A stretch of DNA of 64,000 bases from Mayamaea pseudoterrestris. Lineage: Eukaryota. Where the stretch lies: contig BROI01000011.1 of assembly GCA_027923505.1 (NCBI GenBank), positions 186,001 through 250,000 of the forward strand, in the 5' to 3' direction. How positions within the stretch are numbered: the stretch's first letter is position 1; every line of letters starts with the position of its first letter. Shown here in pieces: positions 33,622-45,566 of the stretch. The notes beneath the pieces were generated by a model. That model was given only the letters and a program-made list of their open reading frames with translations. It made no database searches and was not told where the DNA came from. The translations under genes were made by a program, and so were the position numbers.

Positions 33622-35520
33622 ATGGCGAACCAGCAGACAAACTCCATTGCGAATACACTAGTCAACATGCTTTCCTGGAGCAGCAGCAGGAACGATCAGC
33701 AGCAGCAGTCTACTGCAATTATCGTTGCAACAGCTGCTGCGCTGGCCATTCCCTTGGTCTACTACTACTCTAAGAGCAGCAGCAAGCAGTATCCTCCGGG
33801 GCCTCCGCAACTTCCCATTCTCGGAAACTTGCATCAGCTGCCTGCTCCGAATGGCGACGTGCTCATGGATGACAAGCTGCTGGAGTAGTACGAACGAAAC
33901 TGAATGAATGAATGAATGAATGAATGAATGAATGAATGAATGAATGAATGAATGAATGAATGAATGAATGCGAGCTTGCAATGTATACCAAGAACGATGC
34001 AGCGCTTGCCTCCGCCTCGCTCACGCACTCTTTCATTATTCATGCAGGTCCAAGGAGTATGGCTTGGTCTACACCATCAAGATTATGGGTATCGGAACCT
34101 GGGTGGTTGTTTGCGACCCTGATCTCATTCAGAGAATTTACGTGAGGTACGATACGATATGTCGCTTTTCTCGAATATGACGCGAACACTGACTTTCTCA
34201 TTTATTTCCGTACCGTAGCAAGAATTTTCAAAAGAGTTACATGTACAAGTACTTTACATCCGTCGTTGGATCAAAGAGTTTGCTATTGGTTGACAAGGAT
34301 GTTTGGACGCCCAAGCGCAAGGCCTTTTCACCCGGCTTTTCGCCAAGCTTTCTCAAGGACATGGTGCACATTATGGTGCAAAAGCTGGAGCGCTTTACGC
34401 AGTGCATTGACAATGATATCAGCAGCAACAAGCCAACCAACATGTTGCAGCGGACGCAAACGTTTACGTCCGATGTGATTGTTGCCGTTGCCTTTGGTGA
34501 GGATTGGGGAGGTGACGTGAATGCGGAGCATCCGGCGCGGGTTTGTACGTATAGAGCTTTTTGTGAATGAATTGAATTGCTATTGTATCTACTGTATCTC
34601 TGACTGATCCATCGATTGGCTTTGTATACTCAGGGAATAGCGAGATTGCTCGCTTAATGGCTGGAACCTTGATTGATCCCTTGTCCAAAATCACTGGTTA
34701 TCGCACTCGCCAAAAGATTCAAGAGTACGAAAAGCTAATTGACGATGAAATGATGCGGATTTTGGAGCGCCGCCTTGCGGATGAGAACTCGAGTGGTGAG
34801 AAGAAGGATATTTGCTCCATTGCCGTGGAGGAAATGCGCCGCGACGGTGGTGGTGGCCCGTTATCCTTGGAAGACAAAATTTCCATTTCGCACCAGCTCA
34901 AGACCTTTTACTTTGCGGGTCATGATACAACGGCTACTACCATTTCATGGGCGGTCTGGTTGTTGGCGCAAAAGCCGGAGGTTCTTGCCAAGGTGCGAGC
35001 AGAGCTCAAGGAGAATGGCATTTGGACAGATGCGGCAAAACCGCCAACGTACAATGACTTGCAAAAGTGCGTCTACCTTGAGGCAGTCATCAAGGAGACG
35101 CTTCGTTTGTACCCACCGGCAACGGGTGTTTCTCGCATGACGGATGACACCAATGAAGAATGGAACGGTTACAGGCTGTCGGGAGCCGTTCTAATTATGG
35201 GAATCTATGCCATGGGACGGCATCCGTTAATCTGGAAGGAACCAGAGGTCTTTCGTCCGGAACGATTTTTGGATGGCTCTGAGGAGCCGCCGAACTCAAA
35301 GTATAGTATCAGCGCCAAATTCACTGCCTTTTCCAGAGGTTCTCGTGACTGCATTGGCAAATACTTTGCTTTGATTGAGTCTAAACTGGCCATATCCGCA
35401 CTCGTTACCAAAAACGACTTTGAGGCTGTTGACCCAAAGGAGCGTATGCTGGTGTTGATCACATCTCTTCCCTCGAACGGTGCGCAAGTCAAGTTCCGGC
35501 GTCGAGATTCGTCGAAGTGA
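33622..35520 (+). CDS. Cytochrome P450 paralog D (inverted copy); exons 33622-33887, 34048-34146, 34219-34544, 34634-35520; canonical splicing yields a premature TAG, so possibly a pseudogene or null allele
   Basis: All P450 motifs are intact (AGHDTT, ETLR, PERF, FSRGSRDCIG). The split codon that is TG|G (Trp) in A-C reads TA|G here. Confidence 0.9.
33901..33970 (+). repeat. (TGAA)17 perfect tetranucleotide microsatellite in intron 1 of P450 D
   Basis: 70 bp uninterrupted TGAA run. Confidence 0.99.
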
Positions 35521-35666
35521 TAGCACTGAAAAAGAGTAGCATGTTGTTCGACGCAGCAGTATTGTCATGCATGTCTACTGGTATACAATAGCGCTTGCCT
35601 TTTCTTTAACTAAAAAATTATTGTATGTCCACTAGTGGAATGTAAGTAATGACCCGCAAAAATTAT

Positions 35667-38600
35667 CTAGACTGTTTCCGCAACTTCTCCACCAGACTTG
35701 GCTGACACTAGCTGTACCTCTCGTCGCCGCTTCCTCCCAAGATACTGCCTGATTCTATTGACAATGAAGTAGTCCCAGCCCATGTTCGTCAACGCATTCA
35801 ACACCATAATGATAATAAGTGTGATACGAAATTCTAGGGGCATGACGGTACTTGCGTAAGGATTTTGAATTGGGACTTTGCCTTGTAAAGATACCGAATA
35901 AACCAGATCCTTGTTCGAACAGTTTACTCTCCAAACGCAAGACAGTCTGCCAGGAACCAGCGTGATGTAAAAATGAAGCGCAGTAAAGACAGCAATACAC
36001 GCCACAAACTTGTAGTTCTTGATCCAGCTTTGGCGAAACTCGTAGCCAAAATTAAAAGCCATTGCTGTGCTGAGGAACTGGTAGCCGGTGACAAGGAAAA
36101 GGACTTCAGATTCGTAGTTGTCTCCAATTATCATTAGGTTGCTAACGTCCTCATTGTCCCACTTCCTGCATTGCATCCAATCCTGTCGATATAGAATCGC
36201 GAGAGCAAACAAAACATAGAAAATGTTCGAAAAAAGAACGCCGCAAAGACTGGCAACAGTATGCGGACCAAGCAACGATGCAGTTGGGCGAGTGTCGGAA
36301 AGGCGACGCGCCGCATGAGCTAGAGGCAACGTGAATGCCATGCAAACAACCCAAATTCCATCGAGCATCGCCCAAGCATACTCCGTCAAGTTAATCCGAA
36401 AGAACGCCATGATCAAGTTATCTATACCCTCGAGCTGTCCATACATCAAAATGTATTTGTAACTGGCCAGGGCCGAGGCAAGAGCGCAACGACCCTCACG
36501 TAAAACGTCCAACACAGACTCAATCTCCTTGTCCAGTGAGGTGAAGGGAGAGACGATGCTGGCTTCGGCGTCACTGAGTGCTACGCCAACGTGAGCTGAT
36601 TTTAATGCGCCACAGTCATTGCCTGGATTGTGTGCGGGAAAGCGTTAAAGTCAGTGCGTTAGGGGTTTTAGAATGGACGTCTGGTACAATTCCACTTACC
36701 GCCGTCGCCACACATCATTGTTATAAACCCCATCTCGACAAATGTGTTCACGACCGAAACTTTGTGAAAAGGGTTACAACGTCCATAAACACGGATACAT
36801 TGAGCGAGTTCCTTCGCATAATCTGGGTTTGCGGACAAAGTAGCCTCCCATACCTCACCCGTGACTGCAAGCTCGTGGCCAGCTGCCCGCGATTGCATTT
36901 CCGACAAGGGAGGCAAGTTAACGATCTGGTCTGAATCATTCAACCAGGTAAGCTTGCCCTGTTCGTCGACCCTACTGCAGTGGTAAACGTTTATTCCAGT
37001 TTCAATCATGCCAGCCTCCTTGGCGATACGAATTCCAGTGAGAAGGTTGTCACCTGTGACTATGATGCACTGAACTTCTCCGGCTTCAAGTTGACGAATA
37101 ACGCTAGCTGTCTTCTTTCGTATTACGTTCTTGAAGTTGATGACGCCCTCAAACTCAAGGTCGCGCTCAACTTGATCACGCGTTATTGCGTGTATATCAG
37201 TCTCCTCCGGAAGTTGCTTCTTAGCAATGGCAATGACGTAAGATCCCGACTTGTGAGATTCGTTCACTTCTGCCTCATAGTCGCTGGGAATCGAATCGTC
37301 GCTACAAACCTTTGCGATTGACTCGCCGCTGCCCTTCACGTACGCAATTAAAGTTCCGTCGATCTTTTTGGCAATGACGCTCTGAGTCATGCGATGATGA
37401 TCAAAGTCAAAAACTTTAAGGACTTCGATACTATTGCCATGTTTATCTTCAACTCTCATGACAGAGGACCCTCTTGCTTCTTTCCACGTCGCTTTACTGG
37501 CGTCAAACATGGTACGATCAACAGGGTTTCCAATCAGCTCTCCGTTCATTGATTTGTGCAGCCCATGACAGCACGACATAGCGGTCACTAGATCGTCGGA
37601 CAGTGAAGCAGTCTGCGCTGTCCATGTTTCGCGGCAGTGAGCAGAAACGAAATCTAATCCCTGGCGAGTTAACGTACCAGTCTTGTCAAAGAGGGCACGA
37701 GTTACTTTGCCAGCGATTAGTATATCCTGTGAATTGTTGCAAGCAATCCGTTTTCTTGATAGACGGTTGTCGGAAATTCCGACAGAAACAGTAAACACCG
37801 TGGGCAGCAACGGCGGAATGATTGCAGCGATGATGTACCTGCAGGAGTAGAGGGATGGAAATGTTGAATTTTTTTCGTATCTACTCAATTCACCCAAACA
37901 ATTCAAACTTACATTCCATAGAACCAAGAGTAAACGGGCTGATCATCGAGGAACTGAGTCACCAGGACAAATCCAATGATTGCTTCAATAAACAAGATGA
38001 AGAGTACATAGCCAACCTCGACGTCAAACTTGAACTGGTGGCGTTCGTAGGAAAACACCTCACGTAGCAACTCTCCCTTGCTCGTGTATGATCCAGTCTT
38101 TACAACCACCGCCAAATTGTTCTTGACTTCGGACTCTACCACAATCGTTCCGGCCGAGATTGTATGTTTCTTGTGCTGCAACGAATTGTACGTTTGTTCG
38201 CGGTCGCCGGCATCTACCGCCTTTTTCGCCATTGGCGTCGACTCGCCCGTCAGCGCCGACTCGTCCACCAGCAAGCCTTCCGACGACACTAGTATCATGT
38301 CCGAGTACGTCTTTCCCGACGCCACTTGCACAACATCTCCTGGTACAAGCTCGGCTTGTGGCACAAGCTGCATGGTGCCATCGCGCAAACAGTCAACGTC
38401 TCCCTCAACGTGCGTCAGTTTGAACAAGTTGGATTCGTTGCGATACTTGAACCAAGCCACCGCCAAACCACCCGTAATAATGACCAACCCATGAATCGCC
38501 GCCAAGTAAAAGTAGTACAGCGGCACCCAGGACCACAGCATGAACAACTGGTACACGTAAAAGGGCTTGTGAAACTCCTCCGACAGGGTGCGCCAAGCGC

Positions 38601-39930
38601 TCGGTGTCGCCATTTCAATCGCATTGGGTCCCACGACGCGCAACCGGCGCTCCACTTTGAGCGACGTCAAGCCATGCGCAGCATCTATAACATCACCAAT
38701 CTTGTCAACGACAACCAAGTCGCCCGGCTCAAACACTTGCGTTTCAACGTTGTAGTTGTACCGACGAAACTCATGGACAATGTAGCGCGTGCCCTTTACA
38801 TCCTTGCGCACCGTCAGGTAGCTCAACTTGCCGCTCCTTGGCATGGCAAAGAAGCAACCCATGGCGGCGTGAAACAATACCGAAAGTTTGGCGGAGAGGG
38901 CGCGCAACTTGCGCACGTATTTTGGATCGCGGTGGGAATGTGCCACTGCCACTTGTCGCGGCGTCGTCAAGCCCACCGTGGTGGCATGCTGCAGCGAAAC
39001 CTTTCTCCAAAAGACGCTGACAATACTCGTCGGATACTTGAACAGTAACGTGTAGACGAAACCAATGCTCCACGTGACTTCAAACGCCACGAGCGACTCC
39101 GTCTGCGACTTGGCGCGATACGAAGTGACGGCGAAACCAAACAGAAAGAACTGAAAGGCACACAATATCGTCAAGACAGTTCCGTACAATAAACTTCCAA
39201 ACATGCTGCTGGTGTAACCAGTCACTGTCACGGCAGCTGCATGCTGCATAGCCACGTTTGAATGATGTTGTTCGTCGGCATCGTCGTCTGCTGTAGGAGC
39301 AGTTTTACTATCGCAAAGTATTTGCGTCGTTGTATCATCACCCTTGTTTCGTCGCTGGAGCAAGTTCCAAATCCAAACACTGAATGTCGTAACAATGACA
39401 ATGGCGGCAAACACAGTAAACGGCAGTGCCGTATAAATGGTGCTAGTTGCTGTCTGGCTCAACGCTGCCTGCTGCTCGACGCACGTTTGCTCGGCGTCGT
39501 AGTACGCGCCATACTCTTGCTCGCAGGCCCACTGGTACTTTGTCGTCGCGGGGCAAGCTTTGCTGGCGCACGGCAGAGTGCAGGGATTGTTTTTAGTTGC
39601 TTCCGGCGGACAAGTCGCGCGGCAGACACCATCGTCGCACAAGACTTGATCCAAATCAGCGTCGCAGCGATTGGGACAGGATACATTGGGGCCGACGCAT
39701 ACCTGCGGACAAGTGATCAAGACGGGACATGAAAACGACGTGTCCACGTAGGCGTTGAACTGGGTAGCGGAATTGGTGAGGGGAGCGGTAATGGCAAGCG
39801 TAGGTGCAGGTGCATGGATGAGCAACATGATCATGGAAGCAATGGTGAATGCTTGGAGCTGGGAATTGCTGCGGCGCGAGCGACTGCACGACAAGCTGAA
39901 GCTCTTCATCTTATTTCTTTTGCTAGGCAT
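35667..39930 (-). CDS. P5-type ATPase (ATP13A-like) with Cys-rich N-terminal extension; exons 39930-37913, 37838-36700, 36622-35667
   Basis: LTGES, PPLLP (P5 PPxxP), DKTGTLT phosphorylation site, TGDNLLT and MCGDGGNDCGALK (restored across the intron). The exact start ATG is uncertain. Confidence 0.93.
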
Positions 39931-40645
39931 CCGTCGAGAATTGAAGTAGATTGAACGCTTATAAGTATCGGATGACTCGTCCGCCTGACAAAAGATACTT
40001 GATCCAAAAGTTTCGTCTTCGCTGATGATTTGCTTTCCCTCTCTCTCGTTGATGCTGCACCACCACCAAGTCCTTCTCGTGTAAGAATCCCTTTCTGTTG
40101 AGCTCGGTAGTATGTGTTAATCTCTCTCAAACTCTAGACGACTTGTCCTTGTTTTCCATTGACGGCAGACCGAACTCGTTGTGCTTTTGGTCTCGCACAT
40201 GGCCGCAACGAAACTCCGAAGCGGTCATTTTTGTTGCACTCTAGGAGCCACAGTAATGACTTCTGCCGAATGGAGAACCAGTACGATATTCATGATTTGC
40301 GATACTGCCGTAGCTATCACGTTATCACCAATCACATTGCAGTCTACCGAGGGACCAGCCAGTCAACTTATCCATAAACCGAGCTCCCTAGACAGAATTG
40401 GTTTGTTTGCGGATGCCTCATTGCTTTTGTCCTTTCAACCTGTGACAAGATCAATGACGAAGACTTAAGCAGCATGATCCATAGAGTCTCCGCCGACATG
40501 AGCAAGTCTCATGGATCGCTTCATTGGCACGCGACGAGTCAAATGTCTGCATGTGTAATACATGAATTCTTATAAAACTTGACTAAACATTACAAATTAT
40601 GTCTCTTTAGTTGCTTCAACGTCTTATGTCGATTTAAGGTCGACG

Positions 40646-42923
40646 TTAGACAGCGTGTCGAGTCTTTCGACTGTACTCGTCGCGAGCCGTACTTAGGTTT
40701 GCGCAGCTGATAACCACGGCAAGCGTTGACGAGCATTTCATGTCTGGCGCTTGCGTTTGCCTGGTGTGACGATCAATGCGCATTTCTTCGTGGCGAAGCT
40801 GCGCTAAACGTGAGTATACCCGCATGTAGCACGAGGCAAACAAGTCGACGCAATTGTCCAGCAGGAACACGTTGGAAAGGTCCGCCTCGGCATCTCCACT
40901 GCTCGTTCGGAGCGGACTATGCTGGCTTAGTCTCGTGTACGTTGCGCTTTGAGAATTAAGACCGCCGTAACGATACAAGAAGGAGAGGAACACTTCGCCT
41001 GGATCGTCGCGGCCGCCGAGGGACAAATGCTGTTCCAGATGAAACGCCACCAAAACATACAGCTTGTATGATCCAAGTCCGCCATGATACGGTGTATCTA
41101 GCTTTTGCTGCCAGAGAATTGTTTTGAGAAGCAATATAACGGGCCCAAAGCTGTCGCGAATTGGCGAAATCACGGCTAATAGTGAGACATTTGGCCAGAG
41201 CACAGCTTATCTGGTTTATCAGCGCTGTATCACTCGTACCTTTTGTACTTGTCGACTTGCGCCGCTGCGTACGCGCTAGTGTCGGATCCATTATGTCCTC
41301 CGATTGCGACATCGGCTAAAGGGAAGATACGCATGAAATGTGAGCCAACGCAGAACTCCAGTTGCAACAAAAGAAAGCTTCAAGTGCGAGCGTTGGCATA
41401 CCTTCAAATCCTAGATTCGACACCATTTTAATGATGGGAACGCGCGCCTTTTTGATGAGGTCGACCCGCCGCGCCTGGGGCGCCTTGCGCAAACGATTGG
41501 CAAGCTTGGCCAGGGCCGACACGCAGGCATCCTTGGTGTCGCGACTCATGCGGCCAGGGTCGGAAAACGGCCGAGACGCAAAGGTTGGAGCGCTGCGAGC
41601 AATGTAGGAAACGTGCATGTTCCCATCTTCGTCGTCATCATTTTCGGAATCGGAGCACGACAGTGTAATTGGGTGGTTTTTCCCGCCGCTGGCATCACTA
41701 TCGTCAAGGTCACTGTCAATAATAGCCCGACATACTCGTGGTGCATGACGAACGGACGGCAACCTTGCGTTTACAGCGTCCAGCTTGCTTTCAGCAAAAT
41801 TGGCAAGCTTGTCGGCAAAGTCAATATCTGACAAGTCCGAGCTCGTTTCGCTGTCTGTTTCCGTAACAGCATGGACTGGCGGCTGACTCAAAGTCTTCAA
41901 ACTTTGTTCGATAGCTGCCTTCGGTTCGCTCATGCTGCCGGTAGAAGAATTTGACGATGAGCTGCTGCTATTCCCAGTCAAGTCATAGTTAAAGACGGTG
42001 CCATCGGCCATGACACACATTGCCGTTTCCATGGACGATGCGTTTCGTTCGCTTGTACCTGCTTCATCATGAACAGGTTCAACCGCGTCCAGCGCCTCGA
42101 GCCACTTTTGGTACTTTTCCTTGCTCTGCACCGGCTGCACCTTGACAAAGTCTCTTCGAGCTTGCTTGCTTAAAGGCGCCGCATTTGAATCTTGCTCGGT
42201 AGCTGATCGTTTTCGTTGCATTGACACTTGTTCCATTCTTGCTGGCGCTGCTACTGGTTCCAAACTCGACGTTGGAACAACCCCCCAAAGCGCCGTATCA
42301 ATGTCACTGCAAAACGAGCACACGCCAGGCGTCGCAAACGACCCATAGACTTGCAAATGCGCGTCTTTACACGAAAAGGTTGCTTGCACAATGCGCGTCA
42401 CTTGCTTCAGCCAGTCGTGGCGAGCGTCGTGTTCGCGCTCGTTGAGTTGCACGTACGCAGCCAGGGCGTGGATTTCGTGGTCCAACGCTTGGCGGACACT
42501 ATTGGAAAAGACGCGATTCAGCAGCTCGAAAAAATCCATTTGCTTATGCTGACATGGCAATGGAACTTTTAAATAATCATGGCAGTGAGCCTTGCGCGAT
42601 GGAGATGTTTTCTTGCTACCGCTTACTATATTTGCAACCGGAAGTACCTTGTTGGCAAGCCACGGAACTTGTTGATTGGAGTTTGGCAAATTCTTTGGAA
42701 GCTCCAGTCGAAAGTCGCGCTTGTGACTCACTGCCGTTTTCTTTTCCGGCGCCGAATGCTTGCGCTGCTGAACCTTCTTCTTTGGTTTTGGTTTCGATTC
42801 GCCCGACTTGCGAGGCCGATTCATGTTTTGAACGTGCTGATTGTGACGGACGGGTGCTGAAAATAGGCGCTGCTCTGGACGAAAGAGACTTTTAATGACG
42901 GAATTTTTGGACTTTTTAGGCAT
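40646..42923 (-). CDS. Non-canonical poly(A) polymerase / terminal nucleotidyltransferase (TRF4/TENT4-like); exons 42923-41402, 41315-41240, 41150-40646
   Basis: YGSFAT....SDID, ARVPIIK, EADVAIG (third Asp, across the intron) and LLKTILWQQKLDTPYHGGLGSYKL. Confidence 0.9.
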
Positions 42924-43328
42924 TTTGAGTCTATTGTATGTTAATGAGCAGAGTAAGAGTCTAGTACAGCTAGCGGGACCAAGACGCGATGCTGCCAATG
43001 TGTCTTTTCAATTCGATATTCTCCATGGCGAAGAAAGCAAGGGCGGAAAAACGGTGGTCGTATCGCGTCACGCTCCGACGAAGAACAGACGTAAACCGCT
43101 ACGACACTTGTCAATCTCATGTTGAGTCGAATGAGTCGCAGCAACTGTCAGTCGGAAGCGACGATGCGCAAGGCAACGACTCTTGGCGAGCCGACTTGCT
43201 CATGGCTTATGGCAATACGTTTACTGCAGTAGCAAGCTAGCGAAAGAGTATTGTTATCTATAGTACAGCAGCTTGAGTTTCTCCATTCGACGCGCCGCTA
43301 GAGGTGTCAGCAGCAGCACGAAACAAGC

Positions 43329-44456
43329 ATGGACTTTTGCCTCCAGGCACTCGCTCACGACCCAGTCCTTTACAATGCCTCCAATGATAATGCTGCAAGC
43401 GACGCACTCGTCGACGACTCCATCATGATGCCTTCCTTGTCGAACGGAGCGACGCCGCAAGAGTTTGACTTGACGCGCGACATGGATCATTTATTGGACG
43501 ATTGCTACATGTTTGATGCAATCGAGCATGAGCGGCAGCATGCGGTTACACTCGGCGAGCAAGACGACGCCATGTCCATTGAGCAGAGCGACTGGCAGAG
43601 TCTTTCGCTGGCGTACCCGCCCATCCTCGGCGGCTTTCTTCTCAAGTCGGAAACGCCAATGACTCTCGCCATGCCAGACGAACAACAAGTACCGTCACCG
43701 GCATCGCCAATCCATTCTCCAATAATGTTGCACCAAATGCCGCCAAGCAGCTGTATTGTCACTCCAACCAAGATACTCAAGCAGATTGTTGAATACTCCA
43801 AACCAAACTGCATCAAAGCCAAGCAGCTCACGACCAAGTTTAAACTGCAACAACAATCACCAACGCGCACTACTACTCAGCGCCTTGCTCCGTCCAAGCA
43901 GACAAGCAACGACAATGCCATTATTCACTTCAAGCAAGCCAGACATGCGCACGCTGGCCCAGAGTCGGAGCAAATGAAGACTGTCATTCGCATGATTGTA
44001 TACTTGCAGGAGGAATGTAGTAGCAGCATGACTGGGACGCCAAGTATTTCCGACAGTCGCCATCACAACGTTTCAATCTTGCACCAGCTCCGCATTGCCA
44101 TTAACGAATGTTTGGAGCAGCATTTGCAAGACAATCACTACTTTAAACACTTGGCGGGAAGCATTTTCGAGCTAATGGTGGAAATCATGGAGCGGAACGA
44201 GTGGGTGCGCGTCTTTCGAGCGAGTCAGTGTATGGAGCATGTTCGCCTGGAGCATATGGGAGCGACGCGACAAGGCAAGTTGAACTTTGAAACGTGGAAG
44301 AAACTCCTTTGGGAGCATGAAACAATGTTTGTGGCATCCGAACATGCCATGGCGCAAAACGCGCAGCTGCACCAAGGTACTGGCGGCAAGCTGCACAAAA
44401 TGACCATGGCGCGTCACAAGACGACGCGTCGTCGGGGTCGCAACAGGAAGACGTAA
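43329..44456 (+). CDS. Hypothetical protein: acidic/low-complexity N-terminus, helical C-terminal domain, basic NLS-like end
   Basis: 375 aa ATG-initiated ORF ending in RRRGRNRKT. The helical region (MIVYLQEE...LHQLRIAINEC...WVRV) resembles a recurring diatom domain, from memory only. Confidence 0.7.
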   Translation: MDFCLQALAHDPVLYNASNDNAASDALVDDSIMMPSLSNGATPQEFDLTRDMDHLLDDCYMFDAIEHERQHAVTLGEQDDAMSIEQSDWQSLSLAYPPILGGFLLKSETPMTLAMPDEQQVPSPASPIHSPIMLHQMPPSSCIVTPTKILKQIVEYSKPNCIKAKQLTTKFKLQQQSPTRTTTQRLAPSKQTSNDNAIIHFKQARHAHAGPESEQMKTVIRMIVYLQEECSSSMTGTPSISDSRHHNVSILHQLRIAINECLEQHLQDNHYFKHLAGSIFELMVEIMERNEWVRVFRASQCMEHVRLEHMGATRQGKLNFETWKKLLWEHETMFVASEHAMAQNAQLHQGTGGKLHKMTMARHKTTRRRGRNRKT

Positions 44457-44619
44457 TAAATCATTGGTGGAATGTGAATTGTCAAGTAATAGCGTCGGAA
44501 GCAAGATTCAAGTCGGATGCAAGAATTGGGGCGAGAGAGCATGATCATCCATTATGTATCGTCCATAACTCATTATAGATTGTTGCGTTTTCAGCGTTAC
44601 ACCATTTCAGCTCTTTTTG

Positions 44620-45375
44620 TCATTCCTTCAAACAAATCTCGTAGTGTTTCGTCGTTCCAAAGCGAACGAAAATGGACTCGACCCGAAACATGGCGCGTGG
44701 CACTGACACGGAAACCGTTGGTGGAGCATTAGCTTCAACATTTGAATGACTGGTTTGTATTGGCAGTGACGCTATACTAGCGTGAAACAGAAATGGCTCG
44801 CCCTCCTTCGTTTTGCTTGAATGCTGTAGTTGCATTGGATGGTACCGCTCTAAAATATTTGCCACGTGACTATGGAATCGTTCCAGTGCATGCGACGCTT
44901 GGAGTGCAACGGCGTAGAATACTCTAGTGTTTGATTCGTTACGTAGTTGCAGCAAGTTTGCAGTCAGCGGCGTACATACTGTCGCTGCACATTCGTGCTG
45001 GAACCGCTCCTGCAGACTCTGGACGAAACATTCAATGGAAGCAAGCTGCAAGTAGAAGGATTGGCGATGGAGCGAAACGTGCAGGTCTTGGTGAACGAGC
45101 AAGCTGCCGCTGTAACCGGCTTGCTGCAACTGTGTTTGCAAGTCGTGCAGTACCGCGTCTCTAATAGAATTCAAAGCAGACGCTTGCAGGTAGACATGTC
45201 CGGCCCAGTTGCCTCGCACGTGCGGTTGATTGCGAATCATGGTAAAGTCAGCATCCGCTTCGCTCATCAACGTTACTTTGCCGCGGCGTCGACGAGGTTT
45301 CTCAGACAACTTATTGTCGTTATCATCAACTTCAGTACTAGAAGAGTCGCTGTCGTAGCCGCCAAGCAAATCCAT
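44620..45375 (-). CDS. USB1: U6 snRNA phosphodiesterase (2H family)
   Basis: N-terminal L.GYDSDS, PHVRGNWAGHVY and two HxS motifs (LHVSL, FHASIA). Confidence 0.9.
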   Translation of the reverse strand: MDLLGGYDSDSSSTEVDDNDNKLSEKPRRRRGKVTLMSEADADFTMIRNQPHVRGNWAGHVYLQASALNSIRDAVLHDLQTQLQQAGYSGSLLVHQDLHVSLHRQSFYLQLASIECFVQSLQERFQHECAATVCTPLTANLLQLRNESNTRVFYAVALQASHALERFHSHVANILERYHPMQLQHSSKTKEGEPFLFHASIASLPIQTSHSNVEANAPPTVSVSVPRAMFRVESIFVRFGTTKHYEICLKE

Positions 45376-45566
45376 GAGTATATTGTAGTCGTTTCCTTGC
45401 TTGGAACGAGGTGAGCGGTTTCGCTGTCGTTGTGAGAAGCAACTTCCGATGTCGTTCCGGTACTGATGAGTCGCACTACGACATTCGCCGTCGCATTTGC
45501 CTCACCATGGGAAATCCAAATCGTCGCTTCCAATCATCAGCCGCTCATAACTTACACAATTATATA

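Noticed and set aside
33658..34043. ORFs with (HSFI)n repeats
   Set aside because: Translation of the intronic (TGAA)n microsatellite.
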